A model generated the notes under the pieces. It ran no database searches and was not told the origin of the DNA. It saw only the letters and a list, made by a program, of their open reading frames with translations. A stretch of DNA of 64,000 nucleotides from Octopus vulgaris (lineage: Eukaryota), in contig OX597814.1 in assembly GCA_951406725.2 (NCBI GenBank), positions 193,316,001 through 193,380,000 of the forward strand, in the 5' to 3' direction. The position numbers were made by a program, and so were the translations under genes. Of the stretch, positions 1 through 13,591 are shown one piece after another (position 1 is the first letter of the stretch; each line of letters begins with the position of its first letter).

Positions 1-112
1 AATACTCGATCCGAAGCTGTACAAGGTGCCGTGCAGTGAGACCGAACTCAGAACTACATACCTGCTGAATGAACTTCTTAACCATCCAACTATTCCTGCA
101 AGCAGTTAGATT

Positions 113-157
113 CTCTCTCTCTCTCGTTCTCTCTTTCTTTTTCTCGCTTTCTTTTTT

Positions 158-232
<75 letters not shown>

Positions 233-291
233 CTCTCTCTCTCTCTCTCTCTCTGTCTTTCTTTCTCTCTCTCTCTCTGTCTTTCTTTCTT

Positions 292-324
<33 letters not shown>

Positions 325-536
325 TACACTGATTTTTCTCTCTCTTTGTTTCGTATATGTGTGTGTGTATATATTTCTGTGTGTGTCTGTATGCATATAT
401 GTGTGAGTGTATGTATGTATGTACGTGTGAGTGTATGTGTATGTATGTATGTACGTGTGAGTATGTATGTATGTATGTATGTATGTATGTATGTATGTAT
501 GTATGTATGTATGTACGTACGTACGTACGTATGTAT
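113..536. repeat. Compound microsatellite (CT)n/(CTTT)n/(GTAT)n
   Basis: Direct reading; explains the low-complexity ORFs at 69-705. Confidence 0.95.
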
Positions 537-1170
537 GACAGTGAGTAGAGAACCACATTTATATTTTGACGACCACTTCATCGATCAACACATAACTACA
601 TCTATAAATATATTAAGGACGCTGACAATTCTAGTAAACATGACATTTGGATTGATTTCCTTCTTAGAATTATTGAATTACTTGATTCTTTATCGGTTTT
701 TATAGGATGTTGTTTTTTTCCCTCTCAAGACTATTTCAGGGAGTAAACTGTAAATAAAATTGACCTAATCATTATATTTGCATACAAAATAGATAAACAG
801 AATGAATGTATGTTTCTAAACAATGCTCCCCGAATTCACATTTGTTTCTCATTAAACGCTAATAAAACACTAAATCGGTAAAGTGAAAATGTTTCCACAC
901 AATGTTATAAACAGCATTACGCTATAACTTTTACATCACTCCATCTCACACCTCATCTATTCGCTATATACATCGATAATTTTGCAGTCTATAAAACCTT
1001 TCGACACTCGATAAAGTCAAAGGCGGTGAATTGGTCGAGTTGTTAAGGTTGGGTAGTTTGCCTAGCGGTGTTCGTTTCAACAGTCTGAGTTCAAATACCA
1101 CCAAGGTCAAATTTGCCTTTCATTCTTTCGAGGTCTTCTCTTCCTGCCTGCTATCTTTCTGGAAGAAATC

Positions 1171-1601
1171 GGATCTTTTCGGTTTGAACGGCAGTTTTTA
1201 ACATAATTTCTAGGTAACTAAAAAAATGTTAAACTTCGTATACTGGTAGAAAGTGTTTATAAAACATCTTTTTCTCTTGGCTTTATTGAGAAAATTCTAT
1301 AGTTTGTAAGATATTTGTTGTTTTTTTTCTTCAATTTATGCAATTTCAACCAATCAATGACGTCCATTGAGGTAAAAAAAACATTCTGTGCCGTGTGAAT
1401 ATGTCTCTCGTTTAAGAAACAGATTGGGTTTATTTACATTTGTGAAGAAAAAAAGATACCCTTCTCCCATCCCAAACCCTAACCCTAACCCTAACCCTAA
1501 AACAGATTGAAATGCAATAGATCGATACTAGGGTCATAATTATGGGTGACAATTTCATATGACACCGCTAGCAAAAACTGCCGTTCAAACCGAAAAGATC
1601 C
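1171..1601. mobile_element. Non-autonomous TIR element (MITE) with internal (CCCTAA)4
   Basis: TIR GGATCTTTTCGGTTTGAACGGCAGTTTTT at both ends; near-identical copy in opposite orientation at 4480-4892. Confidence 0.85.
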
Positions 1602-3429
1602 AAAAATCAGCTCTGCTCAGACTTAGAGAGAGAATTAGGTCTAAAAGTGTCCAAGATGCACCATATATTACGACGAAAAGCTGGCAGAAACGTTAGCACG
1701 CCGGGCGAAATGCTTCGTGGTATTTCGTCTGCCGCTAAGTTCTGAGTTCAAATTACGCCGAGGTCGACTTTGCCTTTTATCCTTTAAATAAGTACTAGTT
1801 TCCCACTGGGGTCGATGTAATCGACTTAATCCTTTTGTTTGCCCCTTCTATGTTTAGCCCCCTGTGTGCAATAAAGTAATGTATATTACGACAGCATCTC
1901 AAAAATATAAAAATTCAAAAACTGAGGATCGAAGGCAAGACAAATTATTATTTAGTTTTCGCTTCTGTTGCTGCTGCTACTACTACTACTACTTCTACTT
2001 TTAATGACTTTGTCAGTAGTAGTAGAAGATCAGCGCCCATGGGCTTCCGTGACTTGTGGGAGCAAAGAGATGAAAGCAAGGCTGGTGAGTTTATTCTCAT
2101 CTCTGCAACCTTGTTCGAATACTTATACAAGAGTTGGCCCTGCGGGCACTTACGGCCCCTGTGGTAGTGTTACACCGATTAATGAATTAAGGCTGCAGAA
2201 GTTATGAGCATTCCATCCAATTTCCTTCAACAATATGTATCAAATTTCGCTCGCAAAATATCGACCCGTCTAAAGTTATGTAAGACACTTGTACACAGTG
2301 CCGCGCTGTAGGACTGAACCTGAAATCTTATGATAGCAAAACAAGTTTCTCAACCACACAACCAAGTCTATGTCTCTTACTCCTACTAATAAAATTTCAA
2401 ACCAACGAGGAAGCCTCTAGATGGTTATTCGGGTTACTAGAAACCGCAATCAAATTTCCCTCAAATTACACCTCCCGTCTAAAAAGAGAACATCTCATTA
2501 GATAATGCAGTCCTAGACACCAACCCAAAAGATGGAATGGTCATAACTGGAATGCCTTTGAGCATAGTTCTTACCGATCACGACCAACCCGGATCTGACT
2601 CATTCTTTCTAACTTTGGCACAAGATCAACATTTTGAGGGGAGGGGGCAAATCGATTACATCGATCTCAGTGCTCCTCTGCTACTTATATTTATCGACCT
2701 CGAAAGGATGAAAGGTAAAACTGATCTCAGTTGCATTGCAACTCTGAACGCAAAGCCGGAAGAAATACTTGTTTCTTTACTACCCACAAGGGGCTAAACA
2801 CAGAGGAGACAAACAAGCACAGACAGCCGGATTAAGTCGATTACCTCGACCCCAGTGCGTAACTGGTACTTAATGTATCGACCCCGAAAGGATTAAAGGC
2901 AAAGTCGACGTCGGCTGAATTTGAACCCAGAACGTAACGGCAGACGAAATACAGCAACGCATTTCACCCAGCGTGCTAACGTTTCTGCCAGCCCTGAGCC
3001 GGAAGAAATACCTATTTCTTTATTACCCACAAGGGGCTAAACACAGAGGAGACAAACAAGGACAGACAGCCGGATTAAGTCGATTACATCGACCCCAGTG
3101 CGTAAACTGGTACTTAATTTATCGACCCCGAAAGGATGAAAGGCAAAGTCGACCTCGGCGGAATTTGAACCCAGAACGTAACGGCAGACGAAATACGGCA
3201 ACGCATTTCACCAAGCGTGCTAACGTTTCTGCCAGCCCTGAGCCGGAAGAAATACCGTACACATTTCGTCCAGGGTGTTAACAATTCTGCCAACTTGCTG
3301 CCTTTACCTGAAACTAACTAATATCTACAAGAATTAAATAATCCAATATTTTTCCAATTGGCTATGTTATATCTCGGGTTAGAGAAACTAATTTTCATCC
3401 AGTCTCAACTGAATAACTACTAGATCTTC

Positions 3430-3600
3430 TCAGAATATTAACGAATGTGAGAGCCTTTCAATAACTCTTACATAATCCCTTCTATAATTACTCCGGTTCA
3501 CTTTAATGATATTTATCTCTCCAACTGAGATGCCTAAATATTTAAAGGCATTCATAAATGTGATTCCACAGCCACCATTTACCAGAGAGTATGGCTTGAC
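3430..3600 (-). pseudogene. Degenerate non-LTR reverse transcriptase fragment
   Basis: Minus ORF contains FKYLG, an RT thumb-region motif; no longer ORF. Confidence 0.35.
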
Positions 3601-3673
3601 CATATATGCATTGCTTTCGCTAATTGCTCTAGGTGCCCGTATAGTAGTAAGCAGACATAAATATCCTCTCCGC

Positions 3674-3745
<72 letters not shown>

Positions 3746-3831
3746 CATACATACATACATACATATTAAGAAACTATTTTACATCGTTTTGGGGTTTGGT
3801 TTGCAAGATTCTTTATGTGAGTTCGTGTGTT

Positions 3832-4116
3832 GAAGCATATTTTGTTGTGTCTGGGGAGAGTCATTCTCTTTTAATGCCTTATTATTTAACACACACGCCG
3901 GTAAAGTTTCCACTCGTTTATTTATTTTTCCTAAAATTTTCGTTGCGTCTTGCAACCTTTTCAATAGTCGGACTATTGAAAAGGTTGCAAGATGCAACGA
4001 AATTTTTAGGAAAAATGAATATGTAAATGAGTGGAAACTTTACCGGCGAGTGTGTTAAATAATAAGGCACTAAAAGAGAATGACTCTCCACCCACACAAC
4101 TATTTTACATGTGCTT
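3832..4116. repeat. Imperfect palindrome, likely inverted Penelope-like pLTR remnant
   Basis: Arms mirror around TCAATAGTC-G-GACTATTGA (~3970); next to (TA)n; degenerate hammerhead-like core TTGAAAA-GGTTGC-loop-GCAAC-GAAA. Confidence 0.65.
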
Positions 4117-4479
4117 GGTATTTGTAGCACTTGGGTATTGAGTATTAAATGAAGAAACATTTTCAAGTTTTTTAATGTAAACATTACATTAAACAACTTG
4201 AAAATGTTTCGTAATTTTATCATTCCGTATATTTAACAATTCAAAAATATTCTAATACGTGTTTATTTTTATTTAAATTTTCAGAATTTTAGCAGAGATG
4301 CATTAACTACTTATCCGGGTGTTGAACAAATTATATTTACGGTATGTATAAATCAAAATATATCAATCATTCACCAGTGTCATTATACACTTTATAATGC
4401 TTGTGTCGTAAACTGTCAAGAAGTAGGATGCTGGATTAAATGCTGGACTAAATACCCCACGATATTTAGTTACGTCCCT

Positions 4480-4892
4480 GGATCTTTTCGGTTTGAACGG
4501 CAGTTTTTTCTAGCGGTATCATATGAAATTGCCACCCATAATTATGACCCTAGTATCGATCTATTGCATTTCAATCTGTTTTAGGGTTAGGGGTGGGGAG
4601 AAGGGTATTTTTTTTTCTTCACAAATGTAAATAAACCCAATCTGTTTCTTAAACGGGAGACATATTCATACGGCACAGAATGCTTTTTTTTACCTCAATA
4701 GACGTCAGTGATTGGTTGAAATTGCAGAAATTGAAGAAAAAAAATAACAAATATCTTACAAACTATACAATTTTCTCAATAAAGCCCAGAGAAAAAGATG
4801 TTTTATAAACACATTCTACCAGTATACGAAGTTTAAAATTTTTAGTTACCTAGAAATTATGTTAAAAACTGCCGTTCAAACCGAAAAGATCC
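4480..4892. mobile_element. Second copy of the GGATC-TIR MITE with 8-bp TSD
   Basis: Same TIRs; ACGTCCCT duplicated at 4472-4479 and 4893-4900. Confidence 0.9.
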
Positions 4893-5712
4893 ACGTCCCT
4901 TTATTCCCTTTATATTTTAAACTGTGGCGCTGATGTAGTAAAGGACAGTTATATTTTTATAGCCTTATAAGGGAACATTCCATAAATGTGTGACCGTATA
5001 AGGGAATATTCAATTCTGTTTTCGTTACTCAAAATTATATAATGATATTGATATTTGTCATAAGGACAAAGACGTTTGTAAGTTACATTAGTTTTAGTAT
5101 AGATTATTTATAAATATTTCCTATGTTGCTAAACTCTTTGAAAACCTTGTATTAATAAGTAAAAATACAATTCAATATTGACAGAATATATCCGTAAACA
5201 TCATCACCAAGCTGTTCGTGAATTATATAAATCGACAATTATTCATATCATTTTTTAGTGTTGTATAACTTTGATTATAGATTTGCAGAGCTAAAGTGAT
5301 ACTTAAACACTGAAAAAAAATACCAAAAGTTGATATTGCTTTACCAAATAACTCGAAAAAATTTCACAATTAATCTTTTTGAAATATATATAAAGTATAT
5401 TAGGCCCCGAGAGAAATATGAGTTCACAAGTAATATTTCAATTTACCATCAGTAACTAAACCAAAAACAAACTATATGAATGTTATTGTAGTTATACGTC
5501 TCGCTTTGTATAAATCTAAAGATGTATTCATTATCCAATCCTAGGTTAGGCAACAATAGATTCTCTCAGTCTATCACGAATTTTGTTAGAAAATAAACAC
5601 AGCTCTATTATGTTTTTGTCGTTTTGCTTTTAAGAATTTAAGAACTGAGTAATACATAGTAATTGATGTTAATCATTTAATCTGATATACCGCCGTATTA
5701 AATAACTACAAA

Positions 5713-6373
5713 GGCGGTGAGCTGGCAGAAACGTTAGCACGCCGAAATGTTTAGCGGTATTTCGTCTGCCGCTACGTTCTGAGTTCAAATTCCGCCGAGG
5801 TCGACTTTGCCTTTCATCCTTGCAGGGTCGATAAATTAAGTGCCAGTTACGCACTGGGATCGATGTAATCGACTTAATCCCTTTGCCTGTCCTTGTTTGT
5901 CCTCTCTGTGTTTAGCCCCTTGTAGGCAATAAAGAAATAAGAAGCGTTAGCACGCTGGGCGAAATGCTTAGCAGTATTTTGTCTGCCGTTACGTTCTGAG
6001 TTCAAATTCCGCCGAGGTCGACTTTGCCTTTCATCCTTGCGGGGTCGATAAATTAAGTACCAGTTACGCACTGGGGTCGATGTAATCGACTTAATCCCTT
6101 TGTCTGTCCTTGTTTGTCCTCTCTGTGTTTAGCCCCTTGTGGGCAATAAAGAAATAAGAAACGTTAGCACGCCGGGCGTGATGCTTAGCAGTATTTCGTC
6201 TGCTGTTACGTTCTGAGTTCAAATCCCGCCGATGTTGACTTTGCCTTTCATCCTTGCGAGGTCGATAAATTGAGTACCAGTTACGCACTGGTGTCGATGT
6301 AATCGACTTAATCCGTTTGTCTGTCCTTGTTTGTCCCCTCTGTGTGTAGCCCCTTGTGGGCAGTAAAGAAATA
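5713..6373 (+). mobile_element. tRNA-derived SINE trimer
   Basis: Head with A-box-like TGGCAGAA and B-box GAGTTCAAATTCC; three head-to-tail units; flanking duplication CGTATTAAATA at 5694 and 6374. Confidence 0.85.
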
Positions 6374-6546
6374 CGTATTAAATAGTTATATGCATTGTGT
6401 TTCATCGTACTATATTCCGAGTTCAAATTCTACGAAATTGACTTTATCGTTCGCGTCTTTCTCACAACGAGAAACACGAGCTGAGAATCAATCGTTTTAA
6501 TCTGCTAAACGTTCAACTTCAGAATAACGTCCATATTTATCACAAA

Positions 6547-6941
6547 CTAGCAATATCACCCGGCGTTGCTCGGGTTTGTTTCGACCCTTTAGAATTGGAA
6601 TTTTTGAAAAGTAAAATTTTGCATTATGTAGCTTGTTATTCTCTTTAAGTGAACATTTTTCTGGTTGAAATACACCGAAAAATGGTGACACAGCAGTCAA
6701 GAAATCGTAAAAAATAGGGATTTTCATAGAAAAAAAGCACCTTTTTGATGTAAATAATTTTTGCTGTTAACATGGTCCGATTTGAATTTTATCTTCTACG
6801 GAAGGAAGAGCAAGCCTTCTTCTATCATACATTCAATTTTGGTCAACTTGCGCCGCAGGGTCTCGGAGGAGATAGTGTTAGTTGAAGGCTACCAAACCTT
6901 CCACACACACACACAGACAACTTCAGCTTTATATATATAGA
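6547..6941 (-). mobile_element. Non-autonomous Helitron
   Basis: On minus: 5' TC(TATATAT), subterminal hairpin CCCGAGCAACGCCGGG, 3' CTAG, inserted between A and T. Confidence 0.8.
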
Positions 6942-9131
6942 TTGCTGTATGCCAGCTGTAGGATAAAGCTTAAATCATATAAACCGGAAATAGGAATGCG
7001 AAGCTGTTAACGACACTTTAACGATTCAGTCATCCCTGTGCATTCTGAATCCTTGTTGAGAGATAAAGCATTTCGGATGAATGGGTCGTGGTTTCCTCTT
7101 CAATTGGATTGACACTGGATTGCTCTTATTTCTTTGTTGAGCCTGACATCTTTGAAAGTCACTGGAGCAATCATCGATAGAATATCCATTAATGGAGCCA
7201 AAATTTTCAACGTCTTCCAAAGAAAATATCAAATTTTTATATCTGATATAGTGCCATAATAGAGTTTCGCTAGAATGACACATAAGCTTATGTAAATCTA
7301 GGATTCTAACCAAATAAATTGTTGTAACGAGAAGAGCAACGGCGAAATACTTATTTCTTTACAACACACAAGGGGCTAAACACAGAGTGTACAAACAAGG
7401 ACAGACAAACGGATTAAGTCGATTATATTGACCTCAGTGCGTAACTGGTACTTATTTTATCGACCCCGAAAGGATGAAAGGCAAAGTCGACCTCGGCGGA
7501 ATTTGAACTGAGAACGTAGCGGCAGACGAAATACCGCTAAGCATTTCGCCCGGCGTGCTAACGATTCTGCCAGCTCGCCACCTTTATTTATTTTTATGTT
7601 GACGCTATAGTTTAGTCGCCAGGTCTTGGGTTGAATTGTATTCATGAAGAATGAAATCAGCAGATGAATAAAAAAAACAATTTCTACAGAAATATATTTC
7701 TACTCGCCTTTTATGGCATTCCAAAATTCGAACAGAGTGGAAAATAAATCAAGAATCACAATGACCTTCCCTGAAACCTGGATATGAAACGAAAAGATTG
7801 CAGGGTAAGTAAACGAATCAAATTACGATTAAACAATCTACACAGAGAAAGGACTTTTGTAATGATATTGATTTCAAATTTTGGCACAAGGCCAGCAATG
7901 TTCGAAGGAGTGGTAAGTTGATTTCATCGACCCCAGTGCTCAACTGATATTTATTTTTATCGACCTCGGAGGGAAGAAAGACAAAGTTAACCTCTGTGAA
8001 ATTTGGGTCCAGAACGTAAAGACGGACGAATGACCGGTATGCTAACGATTCAGCCAACTGACAGGTTTAGATTTTTGTGATAATATTAAGTTTTAGTCTA
8101 GGGCGGCGAGCTAGCAGCGGGCGAAATGCTTAGCGGTATTTCGTCTGCCGTTACGTTCTGAGTTCAAATTTCGCCGAGATCGACTTCGCCTTTCATCCTT
8201 TCGTGGTCGATTAAATAAGTACCAGTTACGTACTGGGGTCGATATAATCGACTTGATCCGTTTGTCTGTCCTTGTTTGTCCCCTCTGTGTGTAGCTCCTT
8301 GTGGGTAGTAAAGAAATAGGTATTTCGTCTATCGTTACGTTCTGAGTTCAAATTTCGCCGAGGTCGACTTCGCCTTTCATCCTTTCGTGGTCGATAAATG
8401 AAGTACCAGTTGCGTACTGGGATCGATCTAATCAACTGGTCCCCTTCCCAAACACTTAGGGCCTTGTGCCTAGAGTAGAAAAGAATATTAACTTTTGGTG
8501 CAGGGCGGTGAGCTGGCGGAATCGTTAGCACGCCGGGCGAATGCTTAGCGGCATTTCATCCATCTTTACGTTCCAAGTACACACTCCGCCGAGATCCACT
8601 TTGCTTTTCATCGTTTTGGGGTCGGTGAAATAAGTACCAGTTAAGCACTGGGGTCGATGTAATCGACTCATTCCCTTTCGCAAAACTGCTTCCCTTGTGC
8701 CAAAAATTTGAAACCTCGAAATTTGAAACCACGAAATAAATTGACAGTAACAAGTGTTGATAATTAAGCCAAAGATGTCACTGACCTTTGTACGTAATAG
8801 GTTTTTATGCCGTCTGAAGGTACTTATTAAACCCTAAGAAATGATATTTGTTTACGGTATATTTAAATTCATGGAAATTACAGAGCTGGAGAAAATTATT
8901 GCGTGGTAGAGAGATTTCCAATTTAGTATTAAAAGAAAAGTGAATATATATTTCTTTATTGCCCACAAGTGGCTAAACATAGAGGTTACAAACAAGAGAA
9001 GTGAACATAAAATAGCAAAAAGACTGGTGTGGATAAGCAGCTCAATTTGCAACCACGTTGTTTCCAATTCAGTTCTACTGCGTTTGGGTGCGTATCTACT
9101 GTTATAGCCCCAGGCTGGCTATTACCTTGCG

Positions 9132-9502
9132 TGGAGGCGCAATGGCCCAGTGGTTAGGGCAGCGGACTCGCGGTCATAGCATCGCGGTTTCGATTCCCAG
9201 ACCGGGCGTTGTGAGTGTTTATTGAGCGAAAACACCTAAAGCTCCACGAGGCTCAGGCAGGGGATGGTGGTGATCCCTGCTGTACTCTTTCACCACAACT
9301 TTCTCTCACTCTTACTTCCTGTTTCTGTTGTACATGTATTTCAAGGGGCCGGCCTTGTCACTCTCTGTGTCACGCTGAATATCCCCGAGAACTACGTTAA
9401 GGGTACACGTGTCTGTGGAGTGCTCAGCCACTTACACGTTAATTTCACGAGCAGGCTGTTCCGTTGATCGGATCAACCGGAACCGACGGAGTGCTTCCAT
9501 CC
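9132..9502 (+). mobile_element. tRNA(Arg-like)-derived SINE, second family
   Basis: GGCGCAATGGCCCAGTGGTTAGGGCAGCGGACTCGCG head; TSD ATTACCTTGCG; related copies near 21843, 32693 and 54790-55131 (minus). Confidence 0.75.
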
Positions 9503-9769
9503 ATTACCTTGCGAGTGAATTCGGTACAAGTGGAAACTGTTAAAGTCTGTCATGTATATACAGGGCTGGCCAAAAGTCACCCGACAGTAAATCAAAATTC
9601 ATAAATACTATCTGTAACTCTATATTGACTATATATTAACCGTTAAGTTAGGGGGACGTAAGCACACCAGCATCGGTTGTCAAGCGATGTTGGACTCACT
9701 TGTTGAAGTCGACATTTGAGTGTTCAGCTTCTTGCCGAACGACCTTCACAGATGATTTGTTTATAGAGG

Positions 9770-10058
9770 TTTTGCCGAAACGCTAAATTACGGGGACGTA
9801 AACACACCAGCGTCGGTTGTCAAGCGATGTTGGAGGGACAAACACAGACACACAAACATATATACACATTCATATATATATATATACATATATACGACGG
9901 GCTTCTTTCAGTTTCCGTCTACCAAATCCACTTACAAGGCTTTGATCGGCCCGAGGCTATAGTAGAAGACACTTGCCCAATGCGCCACGCAGTGGGACTG
10001 AACCCAGAACCATGTGGTTGGTAAGCAAGCTACTTACCACACAGCCACTCCTGCGCCT
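9770..10058 (-). mobile_element. Third SINE family (GGCGCAGGAGTGGCTGTGTGG head, microsatellite core)
   Basis: Near-identical copies at ~11046-11486, 31080-31450, 42215-42510, 44050-44415 and 50812-51207. Confidence 0.75.
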
Positions 10059-10344
10059 ATATATATATACTTATTCAAAATTTGTAAACATAATTGTTAT
10101 ATATTTTTTCTATTGATTAACAGGAGATTTCAAATACTGGAAAACAACGAAAGTAACACACTCTGGGTCTGAAACAGACATGGTAGAGGATTTACCAAAA
10201 ATCTAGAAATGTCATCTTACATCGTACTCTCATATGCTAAAAGAAAAGAAATCGAAAAAGGGACTTCCGATTATGAGGGGGTCATTCTCTCGGCATTCGT
10301 CCCATGGTGATTATCATTTAAATCAGGTAAGCATGTATATACAA

Positions 10345-10746
10345 CTAGCAGTATCGCCCGGCGTTGCTCGGGTTTGTAAGGGAAATAACTATATAAGCAT
10401 TTTTAGAGAGTTATAGCCAAAATATAGCAAAAAAATGCATTAAAAATGGAAAAAAAAAAATGATGGTAAATTTTTTTTTAAATCGTTGACTCACCGTAGA
10501 CATTTTTAGAGAGTTACTTCCCTTATATAATAGCGAAAAAATGCATTAAAATGGAAAAAAGTGATGGTAAATGTTTTTTTTTAATCGTAGACTCATCGTA
10601 GACGCGCGCTAATACCCAGAAGGACTCGATATGAATCACGACTATAAGATACCCGGTTTTGGTTAAACTGCACCGCAAAATGTGGGAGTAGTTAGGAATC
10701 TAAATCGTAGGAGACAGACACACAACCTCACTTTTCTATATAAAGA
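10345..10746 (-). mobile_element. Non-autonomous Helitron
   Basis: CTAG end with GC hairpin, TC start; near-identical to 29879-30268. Confidence 0.8.
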
Positions 10747-11300
10747 TATGTTGGACTCACCGGTTGAAGTCGACATAAGGGTGTTCAGCTTTTTGCCGAA
10801 CGTCCTACACAGATGATTTGTTTATAGGGGTCAAATGTTCTTGCCACATATTAGCTCACTCCCGCCACCAAATTGACGTAGCCTGAACAGGTGCACGGTG
10901 TACCACCGTCGGGTGTCGAAATGATCGAAGAGCAATGCGAGATAAAGTGTTCTGCTCAAGAACACAACGCACCGTCTAGGAATTGAAACCACGATCCCGA
11001 GATTGTGACTGCGACAACCTGACCACTAGGCCATATATATATATATACTCTTTTATTTGTTTCAGTCATTTTGACTGTGGACATGCTGGAGCACTGCCTT
11101 TAGTGGAGCAAATCGATCCCAGGACTTATTCTTTGTAAGCCTAGTACTTATTCTATCCGTCTCTTTTGCCGAACCGCTAAGTTACGGGGACGTAAACACA
11201 CCAGCATCGGTTGTCAAGTGATGTTGGAGGGACAAACACAGACAAACAAACATATACATATACATATACATACATACATATACATATACATACATATATA

Positions 11301-11345
<45 letters not shown>

Positions 11346-11754
11346 GACGGGCTTCTTTCAGTCTACCAAATCCACTTACAAGGCTATAGTAAAAGACACT
11401 TGCCCAAGGTGCCTCGCAATGGGAATGAACCCGGAACCATGTGGTTGGTAAGCAAGCTACTTACCACACACCCGCTCCTGCGTCTATATATATATATAAT
11501 ATATGCTTTGCGGGAAAGGGCTGTTTCAACGAAGTCGCGTATTGTCCTTGCCTTCGTGTCGCAGAGGAGATGAAACAGGGACAACTGATGAAGGGGGATA
11601 TTCTTTATGTTGCATGTCTCGCTTCTCTGTTTTTCTTCTTTTTTTTTCGTTGTTCGAAAAAATGTTCGTTTTCTATGTTTTTGTTTTTATGTTTTCGTTT
11701 CTCATTGTGTTGAATGTTTTTTTTTGATGACCTGTACCCATATATGCATATTTG

Positions 11755-11797
<43 letters not shown>

Positions 11798-12096
11798 TTT
11801 TGTCTCATTTTGTCTAAAGTCGTTAGAAACCCGCTGTTATCCTGTTTTTAACCATTATTGTCTTCAATTTTGTTCTGTTTCTTGTATTTATATTCGTCTC
11901 TGTTGAGTTTACATTCTTTCCTTCTACCAAGAAATCTAATGCTCACAGCTTAGTTTTTTCCTTGGGGCTGGCCGAGTTGGAGCAAATATCAGAATTAATC
12001 AGCCGAAATTTGGCATGATTATTCGGTTTCTGACAGAAGATTGAAGGCTTCGAATGACTTGTCTGTTTTCACGTTCTTTATATATAAATTTTTATT

Positions 12097-12150
<54 letters not shown>

Positions 12151-13026
12151 GGTATGTACATATATGTATGTATATATGCATATATTTATATATCATTTGT
12201 ATTATGATAAATTATATACTTCGTGAGTTGAACAGTTTGTTTCCTTTCTGAGAATCGCAGAAATAAAACTGTTAAGAAACAAAAAATATTGCATGATTTA
12301 ATGGATGCACAGGTCTATAAAATTCATACGAGTTCTGTAATTCTATATTTTTTAAGGACAAAATCATTACTCTTGAAATTCATTCTGGGTTTGCAACTTT
12401 GATTTACGGCTGTTGTGACCAATGCAAAACATTAGAAGTTATTGACAACCCTTGCTACAGTTACAAATTCCCATTTATGACCTTCGAAACCAGCACAATC
12501 CTCTACAAACATTTGGTAAGACACCATCTAAACTTGTTTACTGTTTATAAATGCAGTTATTATGATCGTTTCTTATACATCATAACCATTGTCTTCATCA
12601 CGACGTCGATCGTTTATTTCTTTTTCCTGCCATTGTCTATCTCGTATTCCTTTTCTCCTTCGATATTCCTATTAATTCAAATGCTTCGTGTTTTCTCTTC
12701 ACAGATTGAACGTTCGGTTGAAATATATGAGAACAATGGCTGTTCTTCTCTAACGTCTGAATCGTATTCCTATTTGAAATCAAATTGTTTATTAAATTTA
12801 AGAAAAATATAATAAAATAAATTTTACATAATTTTATTCTTGTTCTCTTTTTTTTTCTTTTTAATTCTTGCTATGAGTGTTTATTTGCGATTTGAAATTT
12901 GTTGTGTGGGTTTAAAACGTTTCTTAAGTGGTTTATTAAACTAGAGATCTTTACACAAGCTCGTCCAATGTGTTGTGCTGTCATCATTGAAGATATTTCC
13001 GTTTTCAAGTAGAGCAGAAACTGTAA

Positions 13027-13055
13027 AGTCCTCCGCTCTACCAACTGAGCTATCG
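13027..13055 (-). pseudogene. tRNA-Tyr 5' half remnant
   Basis: Minus strand CGATAGCTCAGTTGGTAGAGCGGAGGACT matches metazoan tRNA-Tyr 5' half as recalled; anticodon altered, no T-arm found. Confidence 0.7.
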
Positions 13056-13060
13056 CATGG

Positions 13061-13556
13061 GAGTATGGGATTCAAGCCTCTTCTCCTTATCTCCTCAAAG
13101 ACATACAGCATCTCGAAAGAGTCCAGAAGCTGGCTACCCGCATGGTTCATGGTCTCAAAACTTTGTCCTACGAAGAAAGGCTGAGGACGCTCGACCTTTA
13201 TTCTCTTGAAAAACGCCGCCGCCGTGGTGATCTCATTCTCGCCCACAGCATCATAAGCGGAAAGTGTAACCTCTCGAAAGAGCTGTTCTTCACTCCTGCT
13301 CCAGAGCGTCGGCTGCGGGGTCATTCCGAAAAGCTCTACCTGCGACGATTTCATCTCAATCGAAGGAGAGGAGCTTTCTCCGTCCGGGTTGCGGATCCGT
13401 GGAACAAGCTGCCAGACGAGATGGTGAAGATGCCGACGACCGCTTTGTTCAAAGCCTCCCTCGACCTCAAGTGGCCTGAACTCTTTACATGAACACCACC
13501 CTGTACTTAACTCCATGTCCCCCTACATGGCCTTGCTATTTGCTTTTGAGCCAAAT

Positions 13557-13590
<34 letters not shown>
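13061..13590 (+). mobile_element. 5'-truncated CR1/L2-clade LINE 3' end with (TAAC)n tail
   Basis: Open frame 13061-13492 (EYG..LERVQ..SYEERL..L.SLE.RR.RGDLI..RGH..KL..FS.RV...WN.LP) typical of the CR1 ORF2 C-terminus. Confidence 0.9.

Positions 13591-13591
<1 letters not shown>

Noticed and set aside
69-705. Several 60-160 aa ORFs
   Set aside because: Translations of microsatellites
2973-3281. Recurrent RPRKDERQSRPRRNLN ORFs throughout the window
   Set aside because: Antisense reading of the non-coding SINE; frames not conserved between copies
7026-7313. 95-aa minus ORF in unique-looking sequence
   Set aside because: No recognisable motif or consistent splice sites; the same applies to 14764-14982 and 1948-2130
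11560-12080. CTGATGA-containing PLE-like segment related to 37090-37390
   Set aside because: Repeat relationship is visible but I could not build a coherent hammerhead fold
12941-13516. 191-aa minus ORF
   Set aside because: Antisense shadow of the CR1-like ORF
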